Source: Azolla caroliniana
Taxonomy: Eukaryota > Plantae > Polypodiophyta
Direction of reading: 5' to 3'
DNA length: 64,000 nucleotides
Assembly (NCBI GenBank): GCA_043228905.1
Contig: JBHGNT010000002.1
Span: forward strand, 11,284,001 to 11,348,000
In this document: piece after piece, positions 38,191-51,028 of the stretch
Position numbering within the stretch: the first letter of the stretch is position 1
How the letters are laid out: each line of letters opens with the position of its first letter
Position numbers and translations under genes: made by a program
The notes under the pieces: generated by a model
What the model was told of the DNA's origin: nothing
The model's input: only the letters and a program-made list of their open reading frames with translations
Database searches by the model: none

Positions 38191-40835
38191 ATCATTTGTG
38201 ATGCCTCCATTACCACCTTGTGTTGTTCACGTCGGGTTCACCAAATAGATGTCGTGTGGCGTGTGTCACACATGACAAACGTCGTGATGTGCATGTCACA
38301 CAAGCGCAAACAAGCACCGGGCCTCTATCCGCTAGTGGTTATGGAGGAGATGATGGGATTTCCCCACCTGCGGGTCGGTCGAATGGGACCACCAGGGTCT
38401 TTGACCAGTGAGGATGAGTCACGTGACTTGTTCTTGTAGGGAATCAGCCGTTTAGGTTTATCGTTGGGCCATTGTTTGTTGTTGAAGATGCACCCAACCC
38501 AAACTTAGCGGTGCAGTCGATTGACGTGTAGGCGGCGACGATGTGGTGGTGCGCAATGTTTTAGCGGGCGACGACGACGCCGAAATGATCTTTGTTAGTG
38601 TTGGTTCTTTCTTGACAAGAATTTCTAAGAGAGAGCGAATGACCAGAAGAAATAAAATTGTAGTAGCTGAAGTCATGCTCTAATGTGGTTGACAGAGAGA
38701 GAAACCGAAATTGAGGAAGTGTTTAAGATAGATAAATAGACGGACAAAAATTACAATTCCGTGTTTGAACCCTTGACTTCATTTTTGAGAAACAAGACAC
38801 ATTACCAATAAGATAACTAGGTTTTTTCTTTTTAATATCTTCATTTAATACATAGCTTGATTCCATACATAGATTGATTGATCCCTTTCTTTCTTATATA
38901 CATGACCCCATGCATCCAATGCATGACTGCCATTTGGTGCTCATGTATCGCATATGATGCATGATAACCATGTCACTTATTCAAGATCTTAGGTATGACA
39001 ATTTCCATATGAAAACTACAATGATGAAAATAAAATTTAAAGAAACAAGCTTAGTCTAATGGTAAGTAAATTGTCTCCTATCTTGGAGGGCCAATGTTCA
39101 AAACCTTTGTATGCCACTAGGCCTTAGACTTATTTTTTATATTTTGCGTAATGAGCACCTAAACCCACATCACATTAACGTGCTAACGTACGAGTGTAAC
39201 CATCACCCCTTTCATACGCGTGCATATTGCACCTTCTCGATTTTGTCTGTTCCACGTGATTTTCACACCGTTGCCGCAAAATTTTCATGCAGCACATGTT
39301 GTGTCTGATTCCACATTTGGCAAGAACCGACTGATCGTTGTAGCAACAATATGCATAGTTAGCATCAAGAAGAATAAGAAGAAGTTCCACATGAACACAC
39401 AGATGGGAAGCGCTTTTCCTACCGAAAAGCTAGACAGAAACAACTTTGCATCTTGGGAGTACAAGATGTATCAAGACCTTGTCGGCCAAGGCTATTGGAG
39501 TTTTGTCGAAGGGGCAAACGAGAATCAACCCAACCCAACACATGCCGACTACCCAGCTTAGGATCAAGTGACGAGTCGTATATTGTACTGCCTTGCATCA
39601 TGCATCCATGATCACATGCTCGGCTACATCATAGAGGCCAAAACGCCGATGGAGGCGTGGGGAAACCTCAAGAATATTTTTGCGGCCAACACAACCGCAA
39701 GAAAGCTTCAACTTCGTCAGGAGGGACATGTCAATCGGTAGCTACACCTTGAAGATCTTGGAGATGTGCGATGCCCTCCGGTCAATCAATGTTAGCATTA
39801 ACGACGATAAAATGGTACAAATTTTCCTCGGAGGCTTAGCACCTCGGTTCGGAAACATTTGGTCGGGAGTCCTCGCAAGGGAGAATCCTTCCTCTTTCGA
39901 ACTCCAGTAGATGTGTCAAGTACCGACAAGACGTGTCAAACGCGCGAGGTGGAGTGTCCGAAAGAAGGGGGAGCAATTAGGCCGAACCCAGCCATCAAAA
40001 CAATGCTACGAAAATAGGCATCCCACAAATAATAGAGGTGGGCAAGCCGAACCGCAAGAGTATGGAGGAGATCGACAACCTTGCAACCAACGCCCACAAC
40101 ACGACAATTCGGAGGAGGATAAATGCCTACCTCACAATAACAATTGATGCGACTATAGAATGAAACCCCGCAACACGCACCAATACTAGTACAAACTGCG
40201 ACCTCGCAATGAGCCTTAGCCACAGCCTAAGCCAGTGGTTCTACCAACATCCAAAGGAGGGGAGTACTTCATATACCAACAACCAGGTCACCAACTGTGT
40301 CGTGCCTTTCGGCTCCGGATCGTTGCGTGAGTCGGGTGGGAACCGCCGAGGTTTTGGACTAGGAGGAAGAGGAATACAACTTAAGGCTAGTTATGAATAG
40401 TAGGAAGAGAAGTAAGATAGCAATCTCGTGAATCCCACGAGTTTAGTGTATTTAAAACAATATTTAGATTATAAGAGTAATTTAGATGGCAAAATTCGTG
40501 AATCCCACGAATATATTAGATTGATCAATCCTTGTATATTAATCAACAACCTTATACATATTTCTCTCCTTCTTATATAAAGATGGAAGAGGCTAAGCAT
40601 GGCTTCATGCTTTTTCACCAAAAGTGTTCATGCACACTAAATGTGCATGTGATGCTTTGTCATTTCCTAAGTATAGGGCTCATGCACGCTAGATGTGCAT
40701 GAGTCACTTTTAATGTCACGTGTAAATAAAATATTCACACCCTAAAGAATACATGATTTTTACCTTTTAATAAAGGTATGTGTAAGTAAAGGTCTTATAC
40801 GTATTAAATCTATTTATATAACACTAAAGATAAGT

Positions 40836-40897
40836 TATTACAATGGTAAAGTTGAGGTTTATCTACGTGGAGGTGCAGGGTTCGAATCCTGGCCCTA
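40836..40897 (+). promoter_or_regulatory. tRNA-like Pol III module in LTR U3, antisense (second copy ~47229-47285)
   Basis: TATTACAATGGT ... GAGGTG CAGGGTTCGAATCCTGG, with TTTT shortly downstream. Confidence 0.6.
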
Positions 40898-43800
40898 TGC
40901 ATGTGATAAATATTTTGATATATTATTTATTTATTTATATGTATCTAAAATCGGATATATTATTTTATGGTTTTCACGTAGTGTGTGGAATACACTACGA
41001 CACTCGCCCTCTCCGAACCCGCACATCCTCCGGTATGTGCCGAAGTTCTCGATTTCTCATATCCGTCTTCACCCAAAGCTTCCTCCGATTCTCCCCTTAT
41101 GTCGACTATGAGTTGTAATTCACTTTCTTCAGTTCCCGCATCACCGTGGTCTTCGTCCGATTGCTCCTCGTTGTCGGCCTTGGCTTGGATCACATAGGGT
41201 TTGTCGTCGGTTCGCTTCTCGAAAATCTTCACCCGCTTCCCGGCTATAGGTACTCGTACTATTGTTCCATCCAACTCAGACAGTCAGTACGTTCCGTTGT
41301 CGAAGACTTTCTGAACCTCGTATGGCCCGAACCACCTTTTCGCGAATTTCCGCATTGTTGTATGTTGATGGTCCAAACTACTGTCATAGACGATCACCCA
41401 ATCTCCTTCTTCAATCCTCCTCGGTCATAGTCGGTGCTTTGTGTCGAACTGGCTTTTGTTCCGGAATCGTGCTTCTTGTTGTCGGCGTATTGCTTCCGCT
41501 ATGTCTGCCGGTCTTCCCTCTAGTTGTCGTATCCGGACCGCTAGTAGTTCTTCCCGGCTCATCTCTTCCTTCCACGGTAGCACTGTCCATGTTGCGATCG
41601 CGGTTTCCGTCGGCATTACCGGTGCTTGTCCGGTCATGAGTTCTGCCGGCATGTAACCGGTTACGGAGCTATGCGTCGTCCGATCCGCCCATAGTGCATA
41701 CGGAAGCATCTGCGGCCAGTCCTTCACCTTTCCATTGTATGCCTTCGCAAGTGCTTTCACGATCGGACTATGTCCTCGTTCGATTTTCCCGTTGGCCTCC
41801 GGATTGTATGCCGTTGTCAGCGTTAACCGAACTCCGTGTTTGGCGAAGAATCCCCTAGCTTTGTCCGAGTCGAATTCTCCCCGGTCCGCAATCACTTGTC
41901 CTACGCACCTGTACCTGCAAAATACTTCCTCCAAAAGAAATTGGCATACCACGGAACACGTTTTCCTCTAAAGCGCTCGACCTTCTACTTGATTCGTGAG
42001 ATCTTCCCGAGCTAATACCAAGTATTTCTTTTGTCCGATCCCGGTCGGCATGGCCACTATGTCGACCATCCACTTGAAGTTGATTGTCGGTGAGAATGTC
42101 GGATGTAACTCATCTCGATGTCGAACCCCGGAGTAGACTTGACATTTCTCGCAGCTTTCCGTGAACTCCGCGACATCTTTGTACATTTTCTTCCACCAAT
42201 ATTTTTGCTTGATCTTCACAAATGTTGCCCATGTTCCTCGGTGTCCAGCCGAATCGGATTCGTGAAAATCGGACATTATCCGGTTTCGTTGCTCTTTTGT
42301 CCCGACTACTCGAAGTGGTATACCATCCGGTCTTTTCGGCGCCCTCCATATTAATCCGTTTTCCAAGAAGAACTTTTGGACTTGCCTCTTCTTCCTTCAG
42401 ATCTCGGCTCTTCTTCCTTTATCGTTTGTTGAATCCTCGGCCTCTTGTAACATCTTTCCGATCATCAAGCTTTCTCCCTCGTATTCTTCTTCACGGAATT
42501 CTCGGATTACGTTCACTCGGCATATGTGCTCCGACGCGAAGTAGTCTTCGGAAACTTCTTCATTATCCGATTCGGTTATGTCGTCTCCGAACCGAGCCCT
42601 TGATAACATATCCGCTACCGCGTTGTCCTTCCCCAAGATGTGTCGAACCTCCGGATTAAGCGACTTGACATATGCAACCCACCTTAGCATAGCTACATCC
42701 GGTATCGTACAACACCGCATCATCCCGAGTATCAGAAGACAATCCGTCTCGATCACCACTTCGGCTCCGATGAAATAGTCCCGATCCGATTTTATCGCCG
42801 ACACGACTCCCCACAGTTCTCTTTTGACTTGTGCATATCCACGTTGCCTTTTGTTGAGAACCTTTGCTCCGAATCGGATCGAATACCGCGAACCATCCGA
42901 GTCGGCTTGATTGATGACCCACCCGATACCGGTTGGACTTGTATCAACCGTTACTATGATCGGTCGGTCGTAGCTCAGCTTCTTAAGTGCTTCCGCCCTC
43001 CGAAGTGTTTTCTTCATTTTCTTCATGGCTTTGGTGTGTTCCGGTTTCCATTCGAATTTCTTACCTTTCCGCAACAAGTGGTAGAGCGGGTCCGCTATAT
43101 GTGCATAGTGCGGAATCCATATGTGATAGAATGCACATGTACCGAGAAACCTTCGGACTTCGGATGTTGACTCGCATACTTCCTCCATAGCTTGAATCGC
43201 ATCGATCTTTGTTGGTGACGGTCTTCGGCCGTAGGGCCCACATAGATGTCCGACCACCAATATTTCTTCTTGCCCGAATGCCGATTTCTCCCAGGAAAGT
43301 GTTAGGTGCACATCTTCTAGCTTTCGCAACACTTTCTCGCAATCATGAATATGGTCGACCACGAACTTTCGGCATCCCCGATCATCCATAGTCTCATCTT
43401 TTTCTTCTACCGCGCATCCTTTCATCGGAATGTCATCGAGGAACGGCATCGTTATCTCCGGAATGCAGTCTCGAAGCACCTTGTTCATCGCGTTCATCAT
43501 ATGAGCAACCGAGTTCGTCGCTCCTTGTGGTAGTGTGCACATTCGGACTAATCCTATCGGTGTTCGCATGGTTGTGATGTCTCGGCTCTCCACGGCTAGT
43601 TGGAATTGGTCATACCCCGAGTATAGGTCTCCGATGGAGTATATCGCACGACCGGCAAAAGCTTCCGCAAATTTGTCCACTATCAGACCGACTCCCGAGT
43701 TCCGGATCGTGACCTTATTCACCGGTTGCAAGTCTTGGATAAATCGGAGTGACCCATTCTTCTTCGGAACCGTAAACCATTGATTTGAGTACGGAGTAGT

Positions 43801-44537
43801 TGATGGGTCTAGAATCCCCATCGCCACCTTCTCCTTGAGCAAGTCAATGACTTTCGGAATATGCGCTCGTGGCACCGGAATCGGCTTCAGGTTCCACGGT
43901 ACATGGTCAATCGTGAAGATCACCATCGGCTCCACTATTCTCGGATCGACGCACCCTATCTCCCTTGATGTAAATGCAAACGCTTTGCCGTGTTGCTCCA
44001 ACATCTCGCGAAACCGTTCTTCTTCTTTTTGTAATAGGAACCCACTTCCACTGATCCGAAGTTTCTTCCGGGTCTCATCCGTGAAGGCATGTCCGATATC
44101 CACGGACTTCCGAAGTGTCGGATCTCCCGAGACTTCTTTCCTCTTTTGTTCGCTATCGGCGGGTAGTGGTCCCGCGGCCGGTTTCACCTTCTTCTCCACG
44201 GTCTTGTATTTCGTACTTACCATTGCTTCTTCTTTGCGGAGTGTATCCGGCTCCATTTTCGCAATGATCTCGTACATCTCGACCGATTCCACCGGGACTA
44301 CCCGGTTCCCTTGGCTTTTATCTTCCGCAAGCTCTTCAAGTCGTTGTAGCGTGCTCCCACAGAACACTTCTTTGACTATCCCCACGATTTCTTCATCTTC
44401 TTTTATTATTGATGCCGACCGCAACTTATCCTCCACTTGTCGGTATCCTTTCTTCAATCCTCCGGTTACGGTCGTGTATGTAGATGCCCCATCCGGACCG
44501 ATTCATACATGTTTTGCTCCGAGAGTTTTCTTCCTGT

Positions 44538-44601
44538 GTGGGGTATCAGGGCTTCTCGGACTATCACTTCCCCACTCCGCAACAGTCCGCTTTAAAAATC
44601 C
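44538..44601 (-). promoter_or_regulatory. -1 frameshift signal (G GAT TTT plus predicted pseudoknot) between protease and RT
   Basis: ATG GAT TTT TAA ends ORF1 and the RT frame is -1. Stem 1 CGGACTGTTGC/GTGATAGTCCG; stem 2 GTGGGG/CCCCAC. Confidence 0.8.
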
Positions 44602-47600
44602 ATTCTCACTTGGGACAAGAGTTCCCTCTTGTTCCTTTCGTGATTTGCCGGCACTGTTAGGAATTGGACGGATTTCCCACCGTTTTGGCTCCGAATTCGC
44701 GCAAAAGCCGCACCGCTATCGAGCACCTTCGTCTCCATCCGTGATGCCGTGATAAAGGGTTGGTCGAGGATGACGGAATGTGAAACCTCATCTTGCATGA
44801 AGAAATTGTGGTCGATCTCGACATCCCCGATCTTCACCGTCACATCCGGACAAGCCGCAAATAGATCTTCGGTTGCTTTGGTGGCCGCCCGAATCTTCCA
44901 TCCGTGGTTGGTGTTAATAGGCCACTTCCCCTTCCGGTAGAACTCCTTGGACATCAAGTTGATCTCTGATCCGTGGTCAATCAATGCTAGCACGGGTTCT
45001 TTGATGTTGCCGATTCGGACCGGAGTCTCCGTAGTCGCGCGTGCCCAATGTGGCCTTGTATAGTGGGAGTTCGGAATTTCGTTCTCCACTTCGGTGTCGT
45101 TCATTAAAACGGTGTTCGCATTCACCCTTGGAGCATTTTCCTCCGTACTTTGTCTTTTACGCTTCACGAGATCCACAAGAAGATCGTGGAACTCTTTCTT
45201 TACTATTCCGAGTAGCTCCCGAAGCGAGAAATCTACCCGGCTATCCAAGATTCTTTCCTCGAACACTCTTTTCAAGTCGGTTTGTTGTTCTATGTCCGAG
45301 GCGAACTTGAATGCCGGAGTCGCCTTTTCTTTTCCCTTACCTCCGGAGTTCCAGCTTTTCGGTATCTTTGATGGCCCGGCCGCATCCTCCATGCGTCGTC
45401 GTTTCTCGTCCACATATACCTCATGCAATTGACACAGGGCGTATACGCTATTCTTGTCGACAGGGCACTCCCGTCCCGTAGCTTCCCGGACGCCTTCCGC
45501 GGTGCTTCGGATCTCGTTGGAGTCGGTTTTCTCGGTGTTTTCTAGAACTTCCGGCCATAAAGACGTCTTTGCTCTCGATGACTCCCTGACACATATTCCC
45601 GCGGTTGTCGCATAGTTGCTTCTTGCCGCCAATTCCTCCTCGAGCACCTTCTTCATGCCGCCTTTCCGGAAGTTCAGTCGGAGTGGCTTCCGAGAGTCCA
45701 TCGAATGAATCCGGTTTCCCTCGTAGTAGATGAGATCTCGCCGTAGCGCCTCCTTATGCTATTGCACCGTATGCACCGTATGCAATCCCTCTGATCGTGT
45801 TCGGCGCTATCGCACCGTATGCACCGTCGGTCCGTATACTTGGAGCTTGTGGGGCAGTCATCCGACTTCTTCACCATCGCGATCTTCAGATTCTCCATCT
45901 CCTTCAATAGTTGCTCCACCGTAGATGCATCAATCCCCTTCTCGGTTGTAGTCTCCCGAGCCCTTGGTTGATGGTCTTCCAATCCGGTTCTCGGTTTCGG
46001 AATCAGTTCCGAAACCCTCTTTTCCTCGTTGGCAAGCCATTGCCCCCTCTTCGTGTATCGCGCGACGATATCCCGCACGCTTTCCCATGTTTCGGTGAGG
46101 CCACTCTCCATGGTCGTGTCCTCCAAGAGCACTCCGAGATCTTTCCAGTCCCCGACGTCCACGGCTCGCAAGAACATGATCACCTTGTCCGGTACGAGGA
46201 TAGCTTGATCTCTCGCGGACAAACTCCCGAACCGGCTTTCGAATGCTGAAAACACATCAACGACCTTCAATCCCTTGTCCGGCATCTCCACCCAATCTTC
46301 GAATCCCCTTCGCGTCGCCTTGGAGGAATCCTCGATGGCGAATGTCCTCTTTAGCTCTTCTTCAAACGCCTCCCATGTCGGATTTTGCTGTCGTAGCCCA
46401 TGGATGCTTGCTTGAAGCCAGTTGGTCGCCACCCGGTTGAAGGACGTCACTTGCAGTCTTTCCGATATTCCACACCGTAGCATCTCCGCCTTGTACTCCC
46501 GAAGATACCGCGACAAGTCTTTCCCGTTGAATTGCCCGTTTCGTTGCACGAGCTGCTCCACTGATGCCCCTATCTCCGACATCGCGCGTTGTTCTTGTAG
46601 CATGCGCTCAAACATCATCATCATGTTGCTAGCCTCCGGTTGATTTTCCATCTCCTTGCCACCCGGACTTCACGTCGGGTTCACCAACTGTGTCATGCCT
46701 TTCGGCTCCGGATCGTTGCGTGAGTTGGGTGGGAACCGCCGAGGTTTTGGACTAGGAGGAAGAGGAATACAACTTAAGGCTAGTTATGAATAGTAGGAGG
46801 AGGAGTAAGATAGCAATCTTGTGAATCCCACGAGTTTAGTGTATTTAACACAATATTTAGATAATAAGAGTAATTTAGATGGCAAAATTCGTGAATCCCA
46901 CGAATATATTAGATTGATCAATCCTTGTATATTAATCGACAACCTTATACATATTTCTCTCCTCCTTATATAAAGATGGAAGAGGCTAAGTATGGCTTCA
47001 TGCTTTTTCACCAAAAGTGTCCATGCACACTAAATGTGCATGTGATGCTTTGTCATTTCCTAAGTATAGGGCTCATGCACGCTAGATGTGCATGAGTCAC
47101 TTTTAATGTCACGTGTAAATAAAATATTCACACCCTAAAGAATACATGATTTTTACCTTTTAATAAAGGTATATGTAAATAAAGGTCTTATATGTATTAA
47201 ATGTATATGTATAACACTAAAGATAAGTTATTACAATGGTAAAGTTGAGGTTTATCTACGTGGAGGTGCAGGGTTCAAATCCTCCCCTATGCACGTGATA
47301 AATATTTTGATATATTATTTATTTATTTATATGTATCTAAAATCGGATATATTATTTTATGGTTTTCACGTAGTGTGTGGAATACACTACGACAACGCGA
47401 CCCAGTGCCCGCGACGTGACAAGGGGAAGGGCCCTACTATCAATACAATCATTGGGGAGGTCCATCAAGTGACAACTCTGAGCCAAGCAAAGGCATCCGA
47501 TTGGGGAGTCCAAGACGGCATTCGGAAAGCCTCATAAGCATGGGTCGATAAAGCCAATGAGGCAAACGTCGAACGAATGCGCCAGCGAAGCACAACCAAA

Positions 47601-48083
47601 ACGTCGACATCACGAATAGAGGAAGCTATGACGAAGGACGACCCGATATGGCAAGCCCTCGCCAATGGCCAAATGACAATGATGATAGACAAAATATTTA
47701 ACTGAATCCCCAGATTTCGGCAAACATTAGATGCACAGATGTGAAAGATGAACTCGGTAATTATTCGTGCGAATTTCACGAAATCGACAACAGGGCCGAC
47801 AATGGTCGACCACCATAACCTGATCATTAAAGTAATCCTACAAGGGGAATAAATTTTGGGATGCATCATTGATAGTGGCTCTGGGGTGAATGTCGTCACC
47901 AAAGCCACCTTCCTACAACCACCTTAGCATCACAAATTGGGAAGCATGCCCATTCTGGGTACGCATGGCGGATACCAGATCCGTTGACAAGTAGGGTTGT
48001 TGTGCAAATTGGCGATCGTGATCGGGGAACATATGTTCGAAATATCGGTGGTGGTCTCCACTCTTGATGCTCTGGGATCATAC

Positions 48084-48731
48084 TGACAGGAACACATGCC
48101 CCAAATGAACAACACTCGGCCACAATCGAGCCTAGGATAAAACACAGAAAACGGATAGTGAACACACGACACAGTGAAGAGAAGAGTACACAAGATGTTA
48201 ACGTGGAAAACCCAAACTAGGGAAAAACCACGATAGCCTACAAACTGCAAACTATCACTATATCAGAATGTACAATAGTGAAGCACCGAGGCCATGACTT
48301 CGAGCTTGCTATCTTCGCCACATGCGGCGGTTACAACAGAGGCAACAACCTCTTCCTCTCTCTCACTCTCTCTGTACACAGTTACGCACTCTAATCTTGC
48401 ACCAACAAGAATGACAACAACTACTAAGTTTGCCCTAAGTCATATTTATACTAATATGACTTTTCGGCTATTTACAAATATAGCCCCGATGGACTCTCAG
48501 AAACATATTTATGAATATGTCCCTTCATTCGGTGAGCACTCCTCACCGGGCCTGCATCATCCGGGGCTTGTCGGGCACTCGTCATCTGGTTCTCATTGGG
48601 TCTTCCGTAGCGGGGTACTCCACATCCGGTTCTCACCGGGTCTTCCGTAGCCGGGTACTCCTCATCTGGTTTAGGGTATCTCATTAGCACCGTTCTTGTC
48701 ACTCCCATCCGGAGGGACCTGTTTCCTAAAA
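48084..48731 (-). mobile_element. Copia solo LTR related to the 13063 and 28703 LTRs
   Basis: TSD CATAC/CATAC; shares AACGTGGAAAACCC, GCCCTAAGTCATATTTATAC and GGAGGGACC blocks. Confidence 0.9.
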
Positions 48732-50628
48732 CATACCATGTACTACTAGGATGACCATGGTTTGCGTTGGGCAAACAACAACATCAGCTTTCGGCGAAGA
48801 AGAACGAAAATTCGGGTGTGAAAGCAAGAAAGTGCACTTCTAACAAAGGCCAAGACTGCGCATTACGTAGAGGAAATCCACATGCTTGAGGAACTAGATG
48901 AGGAGGAGTTGGAGAATTATTTGCAGAAAACCCTCGGAATGAGGAAATGCAAACATTCTCCAAGAACGAGACATGGGATCCCGTCCCTTCTTCAAACCAC
49001 CAAAAGGCAATTGGATGTCAGTGGATCTTCAAGGTAAAGCACAATGCCAAAGACACTGTCCATCGATACAAGGCCCGGCTTGTGGTGAAGAGCTATGCAC
49101 AGACAAATGCATAGTATTGACTACAAAGAAAAGAGGCCTTTGCCCCATCAGCAAAGATGACTACAATTCAAACCATGATCACGCTTGCAGTAGCAAAAGG
49201 GTGGCCTCTCCACCAAATGGATGTAAAGAATGCCTTTCTAGAAGGCAAGTTAGACAAAGAGGTGTACATGGTGCAACCACCCCGATTCGTGTAAACTGCG
49301 CATCCAACTATTGTCTGCTGACTCGAAAAGCCTCTCTACTGCCTCGAGCCGGTACCGAGAGCATGAGATTTGAAGATAACGCAATATCTTCATGAAATCA
49401 GGTTCAACATGTCCAAGTTCGACAACTCTTTGTTCATCTGGAGCGATTTTAGAGGACATGTATTCATCGTCATTTATGTCGATGACTTGGTCATAGGAAG
49501 AGAGCATCTAGCAAATATTGACCACATCAAGAAAATCCTCTCCAGTCAATTCGAAATGACCGATCTGAAGGAGCTTCATTACTTTCTAGGAATAGAAGTA
49601 ATTTGGACTTGAGACGGCATCATGCTTTTTCAAACGCACTATATCCTCAATCTTCTTTACAAGTTTGGGATGACACAGTGCAAGTCCGTCACTACTCCTC
49701 TCGATCGAAATCTAAAGCTAGATGCCGACTCAGGCACTGGAGAGTGTGAACCAATGCACTATCGTCAACTAGTCGGAAGCCTCATTTACGTCACAATTAC
49801 CTAACCCGACCTGAATTACCCGGTCGACCTTATTAGTCAGTTCCTCCAAACTCCTTGAGACATCCATCTCGACTGTGCTAAGTGAGTGCTAAGGTATGTG
49901 AGTTGAACCATGGAGTTCGGCATCCTTTACAAATCAGCCACACCCATACGACTCGTAGGATATACCGATGCCAACTAGGCTAGATACAGATCCGACTGAT
50001 GATCGACATCCATATTTGTTTTCTCTCTCGGCAACGGCGCCATAACGGGGAGTAGTAAGAAATAGCCGACAGTTGCACTGTCGACCGCCGGAGCCGAATA
50101 CAGGGGCGTGGCCGTAGCTGCATGTGAAGCCATTTGGCTCAAGAGAATCTTGAAGGATCTAGGCATTCCCATCAAGGATCCAATTCTTCTCTACTGAAAC
50201 ATGAACAGTTCATGACGGACCTAGGTCTTTCGATCAGCTTAGCTTGAGGGGGAGTAAGGAGCAACATGAGTGCACCGTCTGAAGACCAATCCGAACCAAC
50301 CATCCGACGATCCAACGACCGGAAGTTTTGTTTGAAGGGGCATTGACAATCAAACTCAACTTCCCGTGAGTGGGAATACATTCTAGGATACTCAAGTGTG
50401 TGAACACCCCACCTCCTTGTATAGTAACTAGTGTGCCATAAATGTTAATGTCCTATTACCCATATTCCTTAAGTAGTTAAGACACGACCACTTTCCCAAG
50501 AGGTAGTACTAGTGAGAGAACTTTGAGAGAAGGTGACTAAATAAGCACCTTCTCTCTCTCTTTGTAACTGTTGTTTGTTCTTGCTTTCTTTGGAATACAG
50601 TTTTCTGATTTTCTGGAATCGTGAGCTT

Positions 50629-50662
<34 letters not shown>

Positions 50663-51028
50663 ATTCTTCCGCTACACAAAATCCATCTGATTCATTACAA
50701 TATACACATACACATATACATATACATACACATACAAACATACACACACATACACATACCCATACACATGCACATAATCTACAAAATCATGTGTAGGTTT
50801 TCTTATAGCTGAATGTAATATCAATGAGAAGGTTGATATGGTTCATCTAGGAGGTGGGATTGTGTTCAAAATGAGGTTAGATGACCTTGTTGAGTCGTGT
50901 CTCCATGAAATGGGGACCCATAGGAAGTATGTGTAGTTATTTATGACATCTTATATTAAATGGTTTACTATATTTTGTATAACTATATAAATCATGTCAA
51001 AAAGAAGAAGAAAAAGAGTACATCATTC

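Larger units (their letters stand above)
24175..39295 (-). mobile_element. Non-autonomous tRNA-Trp-primed gypsy with ~1-kb LTRs; 3' LTR split by a nested insertion
   Basis: 5' LTR 38250 to ~39295; 3' LTR 24175-24875 plus 36107-36473. PBS TGGTGAACCCGACGTGAA (~38243-38226) is complementary to the plant tRNA-Trp 3' end. Internal region 36474-38249 has an integrase C-terminal remnant. Right boundary is approximate. Confidence 0.8.
40298..47394 (-). mobile_element. Near-intact tRNA-Trp-primed Ty3/gypsy element
   Basis: LTRs 40298-41002 and 46691-47394 are highly similar. PBS 46686-46669. Gag ATG 46651, protease LIDHGSEIN (45701-44592), RT/RH LPQGATNSV, PFLDD, VDTSP (44457-42397), INT 42366 to ~41100. 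Confidence 0.95.
39911..48940 (+). pseudogene. Phygy/Tat-like gag-protease fragment split by two insertions
   Basis: Zn knuckle YFIYQQPGH|NATQCP spans the 40298-47394 insertion. Protease IIDSGSG at ~47865. Joined by deletion to copia RT at ~48940. Confidence 0.75.
18597..50699 (+). mobile_element. Old copia element hosting the central nest
   Basis: 5' LTR 18597-18680 plus 23836-24126, PBS TGGTATCAAAGC at 24127. Gag MGSAFPTEKLDRNNF at ~39403-39910, RT/RH ~48940-50250, diverged 3' LTR 50341-50699. TSD ACATA/ATATA lies in an ACAT-rich microsatellite. Confidence 0.8.

Noticed and set aside
43835-44752. 305-aa plus-strand ORF, and similar ones at 10393-11064, 19139-19903, 37345-37959 and 60793-61458
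   Set aside because: They are antisense shadows of retroelement ORFs or repeats with no recognisable domain.
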